From an uncultured Clostridium sp. (GTDB lineage: Bacteria; Bacillota; Clostridia; TANB77; CAG-508), in the NCBI GenBank assembly GCA_949467015.1, contig CASVZF010000005.1, positions 1-56,131 of the forward strand: a DNA stretch of 56,131 nt, read 5' to 3'. The first letter of the stretch is position 1. Every line of letters starts with the position of its first letter. The translations under genes were made by a program, and so were the position numbers. The notes beneath the pieces are model-generated. The model was not told the DNA's origin. It did no database searches and saw only the letters and a program-made list of their open reading frames with translations. Shown piece by piece: positions 29,757-40,935 of the stretch.

Positions 29757-30611
29757 TTACAATATTGCTCTTATTTTATCGAGGTTTTGAGTTACCGCTT
29801 CATATCCATATTGATAGCAACTATCCAATTTTTCTATATCTAAAAGACCAGTTTTATCCGTTTTTACGGTTAAAATAAAATCACTTTTTTCCAGATTCTC
29901 TTCCGATATTTTATTGCCCATAATATCGATCGTTCGCATTGCCAAATCCATCATATTACTATTCGTATCAATATCATCAGCTTTAAAATTAACAGCAATA
30001 ACCTTATCCGCACCTTGTTTTTTCACTTCTGAAACAGGTATATTATCTAATACACCACCATCAAAAAACTTATGTTTATGATACTCGCAAGGGCAGAAAA
30101 CAGCTGGAAAACTACTACTTGCTCTCACTGCTTTTCCAATTGATATATCTGTTATATATTGCGATTTATCTTGGCTATTTTCAGGAATTCTATTGGTAAA
30201 AATATATTCCTTTGCCTCTCCTACATCTACTGCTGGAATAATGAGAGGCATATTTTTTATGTCTTGTATAGACTTTACGCCCTTTCTTAGAGCTAAATCA
30301 TTATAAGCTTCTTCTATACTATTCCCCGTCTTCAATCCTGTTATTGCTACTTTTTTATTTTTTACAAAATTACCTATTCCGTAAATAATAGGTGCTGAAT
30401 GAATCCCCACAATATCTTTTGAATATCTCTTAAACAATATGTAAATATAATAAGGAGAATAACCTAAAGCATATAAAGAAGCAATAAGTGCCCCACTACT
30501 AGTCCCACCAATTACATCTATTTTTATATGATTATCTTCTAAAGCCTTTAAGGCACCAGCATGTGCAATCCCTCTTATTCCACCACCTGATAAAGCTAAA
30601 CCTAATTTCAA
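29757..30611 (-). CDS. Patatin-like phospholipase
   Basis: LSGGGIRG, GTSSG, DGG motifs; sigmaF-like promoter GTTTA-N14-GGTAAATACTA upstream. Confidence 0.92.
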   Translation of the reverse strand: MKLGLALSGGGIRGIAHAGALKALEDNHIKIDVIGGTSSGALIASLYALGYSPYYIYILFKRYSKDIVGIHSAPIIYGIGNFVKNKKVAITGLKTGNSIEEAYNDLALRKGVKSIQDIKNMPLIIPAVDVGEAKEYIFTNRIPENSQDKSQYITDISIGKAVRASSSFPAVFCPCEYHKHKFFDGGVLDNIPVSEVKKQGADKVIAVNFKADDIDTNSNMMDLAMRTIDIMGNKISEENLEKSDFILTVKTDKTGLLDIEKLDSCYQYGYEAVTQNLDKIRAIL

Positions 30612-30727
30612 AAGTCTTCCTCCTCTGTTTAATCTTTTATATAGTATTTACCTCTTTATATGAAATTAAACCGAAAAAAGTTAAAAAATTAGTATATTTT
30701 TCAATACACTAATCTTTCTTATCTTTT

Positions 30728-32464
30728 TTATAATTCTACATCTGTATAATAAACTTCACCAAATCCGTATTTAACTTGATAATAAGTTCCTATAAAAGAA
30801 ACCTGTGAATCTTCTTTAAGCTCATATCTTGGTTCAACTATCTCTTTTCCTTCTGTATTAATTGCTCCCCATTTTCCGTCTTTTTTTACAGCTGCAAATC
30901 CATATTCATTTAATTCTGTTACTTTATCATATTTAGCTTCCACCACTATATTTCCTTCTTTATCGGTAAAGCCCCATTTCCCATTTTCTTGTGTTGCAAA
31001 TAAAATATGATTTGAATATACTTCTGTGTTCCTTAATTCTTGACCTTCCAAGTTAAAATATTTTATTTCATCTTCATTATAGATTTTAATAGAATCATTT
31101 TTTACCTCAATTGTTGCATCTTTCATTTCGCATATTTTAACCATATCTTTTGCATACAATTTAGTTATATTTTTATTTCCTTCCATTGCCTGAATCATAT
31201 TGGTATTTTCTACTTTTTGAAGCGAATCATTTTCAATTTCAACCTTAACGTTGTCTTTGTCATCAATTACACCTAATTTCGAATTTTCACTACTAACGAT
31301 AAAATAATTATCATACAAATATTCAATATAATTGTATTTTTCTTCTATTATTTGTTTTCCATCTTTTCCAATCACACCATATTTTGTTCCATTTTCATTA
31401 TTAATTCTTATTCTATATTTTTCATTAGCTGTATTTAGTATTTCTATATTTCTATCAATGTTTGCCTCTGTTCCATTGTTATTATATACTGTTGTTCCTT
31501 GTTCATTTTTTGCATATAGATAAATTCCTACAATATCAATTTGATTATATTGCTCTGGCACAATTATTTTTCCCTCCAAAGTTGCAATACCATATTTTTT
31601 ACTTTTTTCGACGACAAATAGTTGATTGGTTTGATCATAAGATATAGATTGATATTCATTTTTTATTAATTCTTTTTCATTTTTATTTACACCCAATTGT
31701 CCATTTTTAGCTCCTAAAAGATAAATATTCTCATCATCTTTTATATCTGTTATTCTAGATAATTGATTATATTCTAATTTTAAAATCAGCTTTCCTTTAC
31801 TATCAACATAACCATAACGATATCCCTCTTGCGTTTTATTCGATACAATGTAACCAGCTTTTTTATAGCCATTTTCATTTGTATAATATCCATCAACCGA
31901 AATTTGATCATATACAATGTCTATTAATTTATTTCCCTTTATATTAATAACTCCATATTTATCATCTTGCTTTACTAAAAGTTCCCCTTCTTTATATGGT
32001 AAACTATCAATTGTATCATAAATTGGTTTCGTTATCCTTTTTCCTTCAAAGTCAATTAATCCATATCTTTCATTTTCGAAATATGTTAATACACTCTTCT
32101 CATACATTAAGTTACTTGCAATGTTTTTTAATCGAATTGGTTCTACTTCTTGATATTGAGATAAAATTTCTTCTTTTTTTTCGTTAAAAACCTTTGTCTC
32201 ATCATCTTTATAACATATAAATACTGCCTTTTCTGGATTTGGTATTTTCACATCATCATACTCTGCTTCTAATATTTTATTACCATTTCTATCAATCACA
32301 CCAGAACCATTATCTTGTTTTAATACAAAATAATTGTATTGTTCTACTTGTGCAATTTCATATTTTCTACCATTTTCTCTAATGAAATAATATACTATTC
32401 CTACTATTACTGATATGAATAATACTGCTATTATGATATTTCGTATGATAAATTTTCTTTTCAT
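30728..32464 (-). CDS. WG-repeat membrane-anchored protein
   Basis: N-terminal TM and repeated KYG/KWG.I...G..I....YD units. Confidence 0.85.
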   Translation of the reverse strand: MKRKFIIRNIIIAVLFISVIVGIVYYFIRENGRKYEIAQVEQYNYFVLKQDNGSGVIDRNGNKILEAEYDDVKIPNPEKAVFICYKDDETKVFNEKKEEILSQYQEVEPIRLKNIASNLMYEKSVLTYFENERYGLIDFEGKRITKPIYDTIDSLPYKEGELLVKQDDKYGVINIKGNKLIDIVYDQISVDGYYTNENGYKKAGYIVSNKTQEGYRYGYVDSKGKLILKLEYNQLSRITDIKDDENIYLLGAKNGQLGVNKNEKELIKNEYQSISYDQTNQLFVVEKSKKYGIATLEGKIIVPEQYNQIDIVGIYLYAKNEQGTTVYNNNGTEANIDRNIEILNTANEKYRIRINNENGTKYGVIGKDGKQIIEEKYNYIEYLYDNYFIVSSENSKLGVIDDKDNVKVEIENDSLQKVENTNMIQAMEGNKNITKLYAKDMVKICEMKDATIEVKNDSIKIYNEDEIKYFNLEGQELRNTEVYSNHILFATQENGKWGFTDKEGNIVVEAKYDKVTELNEYGFAAVKKDGKWGAINTEGKEIVEPRYELKEDSQVSFIGTYYQVKYGFGEVYYTDVEL

Positions 32465-32479
32465 CTATTAGACCTTCTT

Positions 32480-33808
32480 TCATTCTTTTCTATCTGTATC
32501 TTTTTTTAGTTGCTCAATATTATTTTTACAAGCTTTTACTTTTAGTATTCTCTTATCTTCATATTCTTCTATTTTATAAGTTACCTTTTCTGTTTCTATA
32601 ATTGGTGTTTCCTGTTCCTCAGGAATTCTCCCTAATTCTTCTAATAAGAAACCAGATATGGTATCATAATCTCCTTCTGGAATATCAGCATTTAGTATCT
32701 TATTTACATCATAGATTGGCATATTGCCAGCCAATATATAAGTATTTTCATCTATCCTTTCGAATTCTTTTTCTACTTTGTCATATTCGTCATAAATATC
32801 GCCAACTAATTCTTCTAAAATATCTTCCATCGTAATTAGTCCAGCTGTTCCTCCATATTCATCAACAATAATTGCTATTTGCATCTTATTTTTTTGCATT
32901 TCTTTAAACACTTCATTAATTAGTCTATTTTCTGATACAAAATACGCATCTTTTACTACATTCTTTACTTTAAAGCTTTTCTTATTAATATTTTTTAATA
33001 CATCTTTTACATATAATACACCTTTAATTTCATCAATTGTTTCATCATAGACAGGTATTCTACTATAACGATACTCCTCTTTTGAAAGTTCCTGTATTAA
33101 CTCATCATTACTAATATTAATATCAACGGCAAAAATATCTTTTCTATGTCTCATAATTTCAGATACTGTTATATCATTAAACTCAAAAACATTATTAATT
33201 AATTCTTTTTCTTCTTCCTTTATGGTTCCCTTTTCCTCACCTTGGTCTACCATCATTTTTATTTCTTCTTCTGTTACAGATTGTTCTTCATTTTCACCCA
33301 CTCCAAATAGCTTAGAAATTGTATTTGTAACAAAGGTTAAGAATTTTACAAACGGCGATGTTACAATTGAAATAACTCTGATAACTCCAATAGTCCCAAA
33401 GGCTATTTTTTCGTAATTCTTCATAGCTAATCTTTTTGGTACAAGTTCTCCAAATACTAGTGTAAAGAAAGATAATATAATGGTAATTACTATAATGGAA
33501 ATGCTTTTCCATACTCCTAAACTAATAAATGGCATAACTTGATACAACATTGGAGCTAGTTTTTCTGCAAATGTATCTGATGCAAACGCACTTGATAAAA
33601 ATCCGGCTAATGTGATTCCTATTTGTATTGTCGCTAAAAACTTACTTGGTGCTTTTAACATTTTTTCAATCTGCTTCGCTTTTTTATTTCCTTCCTTTGC
33701 TTGTTTTTCTATTTTTGTATCATTTAGTGAAATAAACGCTATTTCACTTGCTGCAAAAAAAGCATTTAAAAAAATTAAAATAACTAAAACAATTAATTGT
33801 GATAACAT
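32480..33808 (-). CDS. Hemolysin/CNNM family transporter (DUF21-CBS-CorC)
   Basis: NAFFAASEIA, TIQIGIT, GELVPKRLA, VDEYGGTAG, EDILEELVG. Confidence 0.93.
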   Translation of the reverse strand: MLSQLIVLVILIFLNAFFAASEIAFISLNDTKIEKQAKEGNKKAKQIEKMLKAPSKFLATIQIGITLAGFLSSAFASDTFAEKLAPMLYQVMPFISLGVWKSISIIVITIILSFFTLVFGELVPKRLAMKNYEKIAFGTIGVIRVISIVTSPFVKFLTFVTNTISKLFGVGENEEQSVTEEEIKMMVDQGEEKGTIKEEEKELINNVFEFNDITVSEIMRHRKDIFAVDINISNDELIQELSKEEYRYSRIPVYDETIDEIKGVLYVKDVLKNINKKSFKVKNVVKDAYFVSENRLINEVFKEMQKNKMQIAIIVDEYGGTAGLITMEDILEELVGDIYDEYDKVEKEFERIDENTYILAGNMPIYDVNKILNADIPEGDYDTISGFLLEELGRIPEEQETPIIETEKVTYKIEEYEDKRILKVKACKNNIEQLKKDTDRKE

Positions 33809-33940
33809 GAAAATATCTTCTCCTTTTTCTGTAAAACTATTGTAACCATTATATATGTTTTTTATATTTTTTTCAATATAAATTATTACAAAATAGAGCT
33901 TGCATTCTCAAAAATATCTCAAGCTCTATTTTATAATTTT

Positions 33941-35254
33941 TTACATGCCTGTAACAGGTAATCTTTTCACTTCTTTACTTGATGTTTTTGTGGTTTCTAC
34001 TTTAGGCTTTTCTTCTTTGATATTATTTACTGTTATCATAATCTCTTCATTTAGTTCTATTTTTAATTTGATGTCCTCATCATTTGCCTGATAACCATCT
34101 ATTGCTTTTGTTTCTCGCAAATAATAAACTCCTGGAATTAAATTTTCTAGCACAATTTTTCCTTCTGAATTTGTTTTTAGTCCTGTATATACGGTTTCTT
34201 TTTTCTCATTTAATAATTCAAATTCTACTCCTTCTAATACAATCTCTTCTTCTTGATCCTTTTTGATTATTATTATTTTTGTTTCATTTTTTGCATATTC
34301 ATCTTGTGCTCTTCCTATTCCATCTTCATAAGTTGCTGCCGTTAAAGCATAATCCTGATATTCACTATTTGGTGCTGTGCCATATAATACCGGCTTTGTT
34401 TTTACCTTAGCCTCTACTTGTATGTTAAAACTTCCCGCTTCCGTCATATTTTTAATAGGAATTAAAATTTTAAACTTTTCATTTGGGCTAAATTCTGTCC
34501 TTTCTTGATTACTTGTATCGGTTAATTTTAGTCCACCTAAATCTTGACTATTTTCTTTTGTTAGGGTAATTTTATATTTTTCAATAGTTGATCCAGCAGA
34601 TATCGTATATGTTTTTGATAGATAATTTTTTTCGTTTTCATCTTGTTTCCATTCATCATCATTTTTATTTATGGTAAGAGTACTAGATATTTTTATTTCA
34701 CTCGAATTTTGAGCATCACTAATTATTTTTTTCATAGCATTCAGTGTTCTTTCTCCTGCTTCACCTATTGCTCCATAATCATCTGGATTGTTTCCATGAA
34801 TGTAACAATATATCGCTTGCTTTGTTGCTGTAAAAGCTTCTTCCTTATTCACAACTCCTAGTTCTTGTATTGTCTTATATGGATATCCATTCACAATTCT
34901 TCTCCATAATCCAACATCTTGAATTGCATTTTGAATAGAAACCGTATAAGGAGTAGTCTCTGCACCTGGTTTTGTCTTGTCCATACAATAGGCTGGATAT
35001 TCCACTCCATCTTGTATATATTGTACATAACTTACTTTTACCGTTCCTCCTTTATAAGTTAATAGATTTCCACAATCTCCTATTGAATAAATATTGGCAA
35101 CATTTATACTTTCTGCATTAGCAATATTTATAAAATTTAGTATATTAAAAATTAATAGTGCACTTGCTATTATTAACATTTTTATCCCTGCTATTAATTT
35201 TGTTCTTCTTTTATTTTTCAAATTTCTATTTTCTTCATTCTTGCTTTGGTTCAA
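33941..35254 (-). CDS. Thioester-domain (Cys-Gln) surface protein with SpaA/prealbumin-like domain and terminal LPVTG
   Basis: Signal peptide, AYCMD, NGYP, ATKQAIY, LEGVEFEL...YYLRETKA..GY; ends KRLPVTGM*. Confidence 0.82.
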   Translation of the reverse strand: MNQSKNEENRNLKNKRRTKLIAGIKMLIIASALLIFNILNFINIANAESINVANIYSIGDCGNLLTYKGGTVKVSYVQYIQDGVEYPAYCMDKTKPGAETTPYTVSIQNAIQDVGLWRRIVNGYPYKTIQELGVVNKEEAFTATKQAIYCYIHGNNPDDYGAIGEAGERTLNAMKKIISDAQNSSEIKISSTLTINKNDDEWKQDENEKNYLSKTYTISAGSTIEKYKITLTKENSQDLGGLKLTDTSNQERTEFSPNEKFKILIPIKNMTEAGSFNIQVEAKVKTKPVLYGTAPNSEYQDYALTAATYEDGIGRAQDEYAKNETKIIIIKKDQEEEIVLEGVEFELLNEKKETVYTGLKTNSEGKIVLENLIPGVYYLRETKAIDGYQANDEDIKLKIELNEEIMITVNNIKEEKPKVETTKTSSKEVKRLPVTGM

Positions 35255-35256
35255 AT

Positions 35257-35877
35257 TTAAAAATCCTCACTTTCTTCTATATTTTCTTTTCCTTGTATAC
35301 ATCTTCTATATTCTGATTGATTTTCGACACATGTAATTAATGTAATTCTATTTTCATCTGTTTTTTCTAAACTTGTCCAATCCGTATCTTTTATAATACT
35401 ATGTTTGATTACAATGTATTCTCTAGTTACTCCTTGATATTTATAATATATTTTATCTCCTTCTTTTAGCTTTTTTAAGTTTTCAAAATAATTATTTTTA
35501 TATCCTCTATTATGGGCTGCTAACCCAACATTTCCCGTGCTTTTGGATGTTTCCTCAAAATGTCCAATATAGTCATCCATTATTTCTTTTGTTGTTCCTT
35601 CTTTTATATTAGCTTTTAAATAAATACATGGAATTTCTAGATACCATTCTTGTGTTTCTTCTTTCCTCTTTTCCTCAATGCTTTCTTTTTCTGTATTTCC
35701 TTCTATTTCATTTGAATCTATTTGAATTTTTTCATGATTAACTTCAAAACTTGCTTGAAATACACCTTTTGGTGTAAATATATAAATATTTGAAAAAAAT
35801 AAATTTACGATTAAAAAAATAATAACTGATATCACAAAGCTGACAATATTAATATATATTGTACAATAACGAAACAT
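35257..35877 (-). CDS. Sortase (class D-like)
   Basis: N-terminal TM, GNVGLAAHN, ITLITC...R. Confidence 0.92.
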   Translation of the reverse strand: MFRYCTIYINIVSFVISVIIFLIVNLFFSNIYIFTPKGVFQASFEVNHEKIQIDSNEIEGNTEKESIEEKRKEETQEWYLEIPCIYLKANIKEGTTKEIMDDYIGHFEETSKSTGNVGLAAHNRGYKNNYFENLKKLKEGDKIYYKYQGVTREYIVIKHSIIKDTDWTSLEKTDENRITLITCVENQSEYRRCIQGKENIEESEDF

Positions 35878-36032
35878 ACATATACATGTACCTCCTAACT
35901 TATTTAATTTATTTTCTTAAAATTTATCGATTAAAAATGAATCTAAAAAATTGATTTAAAAATATTTGAGTTAACTCTTATATACATAATAATACATTTT
36001 TTTCCATTTGTAAAGAACTTTTCATCGCAAAA

Positions 36033-36039
36033 TTCGACA
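36033..36039 (-). promoter_or_regulatory. Spo0A-box-like TGTCGAA upstream of the sortase operon
   Basis: Matches TGNCGAA, just upstream of a TTTACA-N17-TATTAT candidate promoter. A short motif that could occur by chance. Confidence 0.35.
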
Positions 36040-36186
36040 AAATGTCACTGATTGGTTACCATTCAGACTAAAGTATCTAAATAGAAAGAAAAGCAACCTA
36101 CTTAATCTTTTATTTCAGTAGGTTGGGATTCACAAGGCTCGAAAAACTAATATATAATAGTACTTTAAGAGCAAGTAGAAATATTT

Positions 36187-37692
36187 TTAATCCATTTTCA
36201 AATCCAAATCAAAGTAAAACTCTACTCCATTTTCTTTATTTATTACACCATAGCTATTACCATAGTTATTCATAATGGCTTTTACAACAGAAAGACCAAT
36301 CCCTGTTCCACCATCATTTCTATTTCTTGCTTCATCTATTTTATAAAATCGATTCCAAATTCTATTTATGTTTTCATCTGAAATATTATCTCCTGTATTA
36401 AATACCTTTATTCTAACTGTATTCTTTTCTACGTTTACTTCATTTTCAATTTGAATTATTTTATTACCATCTATCTCTTTTACATGTTTAATGGCATTCG
36501 TAATGTAATTGGTTATAACTTGCTCAATATAAAAATCATCTGCTAATACATTTATCTCACTTGTCTCATCCATCTTAACATTTACTTGTTTTTCTTCAAG
36601 CATTACTTTTGATTTTCTTATAACTTCTTTTTCAACTTCTACAATATCAAACTTTGTATCATTAAATTCTCTTTTTCCATATTCTAGTTTCATCAATTCT
36701 AATAATTGCTTTACTAATTTATCCATTTTATTTGTTTCATCTAAAATAACTTCTGCATAAAATTTTTTACTTTCTTCATCTGAATTCACATTTTCTAGTA
36801 ATCCTTCACTATATCCTTGTATCAAAGCAATTGGCGTTTTTAGTTCATGTGATACATCTGATATAAAACTTTTTCTCATTTCATCTATTTTCGATTTCTC
36901 TTCAATATCTTTTTCTAGCTCTATATTTGTACTTCTCAGTTGCTTAATTGTTTTCTCTAATGTATCAGACATAGCATTAATGCTTTTCCCTAAATTATTA
37001 ATTTCATCATCTGTATCCGTAACTCTATATTTATGACTAAAATCTAAATTTGCCATTCTTTTTGCAATATTATTCAGCTCTAAAATCGGGTCCGTAAATC
37101 TCCTCGTTACATAAGAAACAATTACAGCTGCAATTAAAATAGTAAAACCTGCCATTAAATATAAGAAATTATTTGATATTTTAACACTTTCCTGTATTGC
37201 TGTAATCGGTATTCTTATGTATAAGAAATAGCCATTATCTAATATAGCTGATAATAATACATAAGTTATACCATTTTTACTATCTTTGATTTTTTTTATA
37301 GTAAAATTATCACTTTTATCTATAATTTCTCCAAGCCCTGTATTAACTTTATTCGTCATTTCATTCATCTGTCCAAAGGTAGAATAGAAGTCTTTATTTG
37401 ATGTATATATATTTACATTGTTTTGATTATCCCTAATTAAAATATCAAAGTTATTTTGTATCGCAATTTGTTCTAATCGTGTCTCTATACTGTCATTTTG
37501 CTTTTCATTATAATAATTATTTACCGTTTCATAAACTGACTTTAGAGCTTTTGTTTTACTATACAAATAAAATTGTCCAAAAACAAAGTTATTTACTAAA
37601 ATTAAAAATAAGATAATTAATAGTATCACAAAAGATAATGTAAAAAATAACTTCACTCTTACTGATTTGAATAGATTCTGTTTTTTCTTCAT
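36187..37692 (-). CDS. Sensor histidine kinase (HAMP-HisKA-HATPase)
   Basis: Two TM helices, SHELKTP, NYITNAIK, GGTGIGL. Confidence 0.93.
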   Translation of the reverse strand: MKKKQNLFKSVRVKLFFTLSFVILLIILFLILVNNFVFGQFYLYSKTKALKSVYETVNNYYNEKQNDSIETRLEQIAIQNNFDILIRDNQNNVNIYTSNKDFYSTFGQMNEMTNKVNTGLGEIIDKSDNFTIKKIKDSKNGITYVLLSAILDNGYFLYIRIPITAIQESVKISNNFLYLMAGFTILIAAVIVSYVTRRFTDPILELNNIAKRMANLDFSHKYRVTDTDDEINNLGKSINAMSDTLEKTIKQLRSTNIELEKDIEEKSKIDEMRKSFISDVSHELKTPIALIQGYSEGLLENVNSDEESKKFYAEVILDETNKMDKLVKQLLELMKLEYGKREFNDTKFDIVEVEKEVIRKSKVMLEEKQVNVKMDETSEINVLADDFYIEQVITNYITNAIKHVKEIDGNKIIQIENEVNVEKNTVRIKVFNTGDNISDENINRIWNRFYKIDEARNRNDGGTGIGLSVVKAIMNNYGNSYGVINKENGVEFYFDLDLKMD

Positions 37693-37710
37693 TTCTTTAT
37701 CCTCTTTTCA

Positions 37711-38388
37711 CTATTTAACTTCAAATTTGTATCCTACCCCTCGAATCGTTTTTATATATTTTCCTTTCTTTCCTAATTTATGTCTAATTTTTTTGATATG
37801 ACTATCAATTGTTCTAGAATCTCCATAATAATCATAGTTCCAAACATTATTTAATATTTTATCCCTTGATAAAGCTATATTTTCATTGTCTACTAAATAA
37901 GTTAATAATTCGTATTCTCTTAAACTTAACTCTACTAATTTACTATCAACTTTTACGGTTCTTCCATCTTTGTCAATTTCAATTCCTCCATAATCTTTTA
38001 CTTCTTTTAAATTTGGAGTTGTTCTTTTTAAAATAGCCTCTACTCTTGCCACTAGTATTTTGGGACTAAATGGTTTTGAGATATATTCATCTACTCCAAG
38101 CTCAAATCCAAATAATTCGTCTTGTTCTTCTCCCCTGGCTGTAAGCATGATGATAGGAACCTTTGAGTTCTGCCTTATTTGTCTTAAAACTGACCATCCA
38201 TCTAATTTTGGCATCATTACATCTAATAAGATTAGATTAATCTTATTTTTGTTTTCCTCAAAAACTTCTAAAGCCTTCTCTCCATCTTCTGCTTCTAAAA
38301 TACTATATCCTTTTGCTACTAAAAAGTCTTTTATTAATTTTCTCATTCTAGCTTCATCATCTACTACTAAAATACCATTATTGACCAT
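37711..38388 (-). CDS. OmpR-family response regulator
   Basis: LVVDDE, LLDVMMP, KPF, winged helix RTIDSHIKKIR; likely start MVNNG. Confidence 0.93.
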   Translation of the reverse strand: MVNNGILVVDDEARMRKLIKDFLVAKGYSILEAEDGEKALEVFEENKNKINLILLDVMMPKLDGWSVLRQIRQNSKVPIIMLTARGEEQDELFGFELGVDEYISKPFSPKILVARVEAILKRTTPNLKEVKDYGGIEIDKDGRTVKVDSKLVELSLREYELLTYLVDNENIALSRDKILNNVWNYDYYGDSRTIDSHIKKIRHKLGKKGKYIKTIRGVGYKFEVK

Positions 38389-38503
38389 TTTTATCACTCC
38401 TATAAATTATCTATATTATATATTATAATAACTAATTATGTCTAGATTGTGAACAAAAATTCTAAAATAAAAGAGGGTTGCCCCTCCTATTCCTTATTTT
38501 CTA

Positions 38504-39568
38504 TTATTCTTTCACATAAACTGTCTTTGTATCATAAGATAATTCTATATTTTCTTCTCTTAAAATCTTCATGATCTTACAATTAATATTTTCTTTTTCT
38601 GCTAGATAGCTCGGATAATCTATTGAATCCGTATAACTACAAACTAATATATTGATTCCATTATCTTTAATTTCATCAAATTTTACAATAATCGAATCAT
38701 CATAAATGCCTTCTCTTTCTTGCAACATCTCTTTTACTCTTTTTTCAAATTTTTCTAGTTTTTCTAGTGGTGTATCAATTTGGATACATAAATTTGTTTT
38801 ATATCTTCTCTTCTCCATTTTACTCCAGTTAATAATAGATGAATTTGAAATAACAGAGTTTGGAATATTAACAAGTGAATTTTCAAAAGTTCTTACTCTG
38901 GTACTTCTAAAAGTAATGTCTTCTACTGTTCCTTCAAATGGTGACATTTCTATCCAATCGCCAACAGAAAATGGCTTGTCTATAAAAATAACCATTCCTC
39001 CAAATAAATTCTTAGCCGTATCTTGTGCAGCAAGTGTTATAATAACACCACCTATTCCTAAACCTGCTACTAATCCATTTAAGTTAATTCCTAAAAGAGT
39101 AACTACAATAAATCCTGCTATAATATAAATAATTGCTCTTGCTATTTTTAATATAAAATCTAACATAGAATCTTCTACATTTTTAGTAGTTTTTTCCCTT
39201 ATCCTTTTTACAAAAGATGATTTGGGCGTAAGACTCTCAGCCAAACCTTTTGCAAAAACAATTACACTTATTATTTTAAATATTGTTGCAACTACCTTCA
39301 TCACTTCATCCGATAAATTAAGCGGTTGTTTTAAAAATAAAATAGCAATATAAGCTCCTAAAATTCTCCAAAATATGATTAATGGATTATAAAACGCACT
39401 TTCTTTTATTTTCTTTCTATTCTTAGCTTTTAGTTTAAACATTCTAATTATGATATATGCTAAACCAGAACTAAAAATTCTAAAAAGTATAATAATGCCT
39501 ATCGCAATTATAATATCTATAATTTGTATTGATGAAATACTACTTATATAATCCGTTATCTGTTGCAT
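38504..39568 (-). CDS. mscS: Small-conductance mechanosensitive channel
   Basis: GLGIGG...LAAQDTAKNLFGG, KPFSVGDWI, GTVEDITFRST. Confidence 0.92.
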   Translation of the reverse strand: MQQITDYISSISSIQIIDIIIAIGIIILFRIFSSGLAYIIIRMFKLKAKNRKKIKESAFYNPLIIFWRILGAYIAILFLKQPLNLSDEVMKVVATIFKIISVIVFAKGLAESLTPKSSFVKRIREKTTKNVEDSMLDFILKIARAIIYIIAGFIVVTLLGINLNGLVAGLGIGGVIITLAAQDTAKNLFGGMVIFIDKPFSVGDWIEMSPFEGTVEDITFRSTRVRTFENSLVNIPNSVISNSSIINWSKMEKRRYKTNLCIQIDTPLEKLEKFEKRVKEMLQEREGIYDDSIIVKFDEIKDNGINILVCSYTDSIDYPSYLAEKENINCKIMKILREENIELSYDTKTVYVKE

Positions 39569-39584
39569 TTCTTCCTCCTACGAT

Positions 39585-40925
39585 TTACATATAATCTCTT
39601 AATTTCTTACTCCTACTTGGATGTCTTAATTTCCTTAATGCTTTTGCTTCAATTTGTCTGATTCTCTCACGTGTTACTTCAAATTCACGTCCAACTTCTT
39701 CCAAAGTTCTTGCTTTTCCATCTTCTAGACCAAATCTTAATTTTAATACTTTTGCTTCTCTTGGTGTTAAGGTATTCATAACCTCTTCTAGTTGTTCTTT
39801 TAATAAAGTATATGCTGCCGAATCATGTGGAGCAGGTGAATCATCATCTTGAATAAAATCTCCTAAATGGCTATCATCTTCTTCTCCAATTGGTGTTTCT
39901 AAAGATACTGGATCTTGTGCTATTTTTTGAATTTCCATTACTTTTTCAACTGGTATTTCCATTTCTTCAGCAATTTCTTCTGGCGTTGGTTCTCTGCCTA
40001 ATTGTTGTAACAAATGTCTTGATGTTCGAATTAATTTATTGATGGTTTCTACCATATGAACTGGGATTCTAATTGTCCTTGCTTGATCAGCAATCGCTCT
40101 TGTAATCGCTTGTCTAATCCACCATGTAGCATAAGTACTAAATTTAAATCCTTTTGTATAATCAAATTTTTCTACTGCTTTTATTAGTCCCATATTTCCT
40201 TCTTGGATTAAATCTAAAAATAACATTCCTCTTCCTACGTATTTTTTAGCAATACTAACAACTAATCTTAAATTAGACTCCGCTAATTCTTTTTTCGCAT
40301 CTTCATCACCATCTAAAATTCTTTTTGCTAAATCAAGTTCTTGCTCAAAGGTTAAAAGTGGAATTCTTCCAATTTCTCTCAAATACATTCTAACAGGATC
40401 ATCAACATTAACTCCTTCATAGCTGGTATCTGTTATCTCGTCTAATTTTAAATATTCAACTTCTTTTAAATCTTCTATATCTGGCTCTTCATCTTCCATA
40501 TCGTCACTTAAAAGATTGACACCTAATTCTTCAAAGGCATCAAATACTTTATCAATTTGGTCTGGATTCACATCATCTAATTCTTTTGCTAAATCGCCAT
40601 AAGTTATTTTTCCTTGTTCTTTTGCTTTCTTTAAAATCTTATTTACTTTTTCATTTTTAATTCTTTCGCCTTCTTCATTATTTTCTGCATGATTTTCTTC
40701 CTTATCCGTATCTTCTTTGCTCTTTTTCTTTTCAGCTACTTTTTTCTTAGCTACTTTTCTTGCCTCTTCCATTTTTTCCATATTTTTTTCTTTTTCTATT
40801 TTTTTCTTTTCAACTTTTTGATTGTCTTCTTTCCTGTCTTTTTCCTCTTTTAATTTTGAACTTGTTGCTTTTTTTGTTACTTTTTCCTCTTTTCCTTCTA
40901 ATTCATCCTTCTTTTTCGCCATCAA
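39585..40925 (-). CDS. rpoD: Primary sigma factor RpoD/SigA
   Basis: [45 protein letters not shown]; downstream of dnaG. Confidence 0.97.
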   Translation of the reverse strand: MMAKKKDELEGKEEKVTKKATSSKLKEEKDRKEDNQKVEKKKIEKEKNMEKMEEARKVAKKKVAEKKKSKEDTDKEENHAENNEEGERIKNEKVNKILKKAKEQGKITYGDLAKELDDVNPDQIDKVFDAFEELGVNLLSDDMEDEEPDIEDLKEVEYLKLDEITDTSYEGVNVDDPVRMYLREIGRIPLLTFEQELDLAKRILDGDEDAKKELAESNLRLVVSIAKKYVGRGMLFLDLIQEGNMGLIKAVEKFDYTKGFKFSTYATWWIRQAITRAIADQARTIRIPVHMVETINKLIRTSRHLLQQLGREPTPEEIAEEMEIPVEKVMEIQKIAQDPVSLETPIGEEDDSHLGDFIQDDDSPAPHDSAAYTLLKEQLEEVMNTLTPREAKVLKLRFGLEDGKARTLEEVGREFEVTRERIRQIEAKALRKLRHPSRSKKLRDYM

Positions 40926-40935
40926 ATTTTCACCT

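Noticed and set aside
36050-36186. Intergenic hairpin CAACCTACT/AGTAGGTTG as ncRNA or riboswitch
   Set aside because: Adequately explained as the terminator of the kinase gene; no recognisable aptamer.
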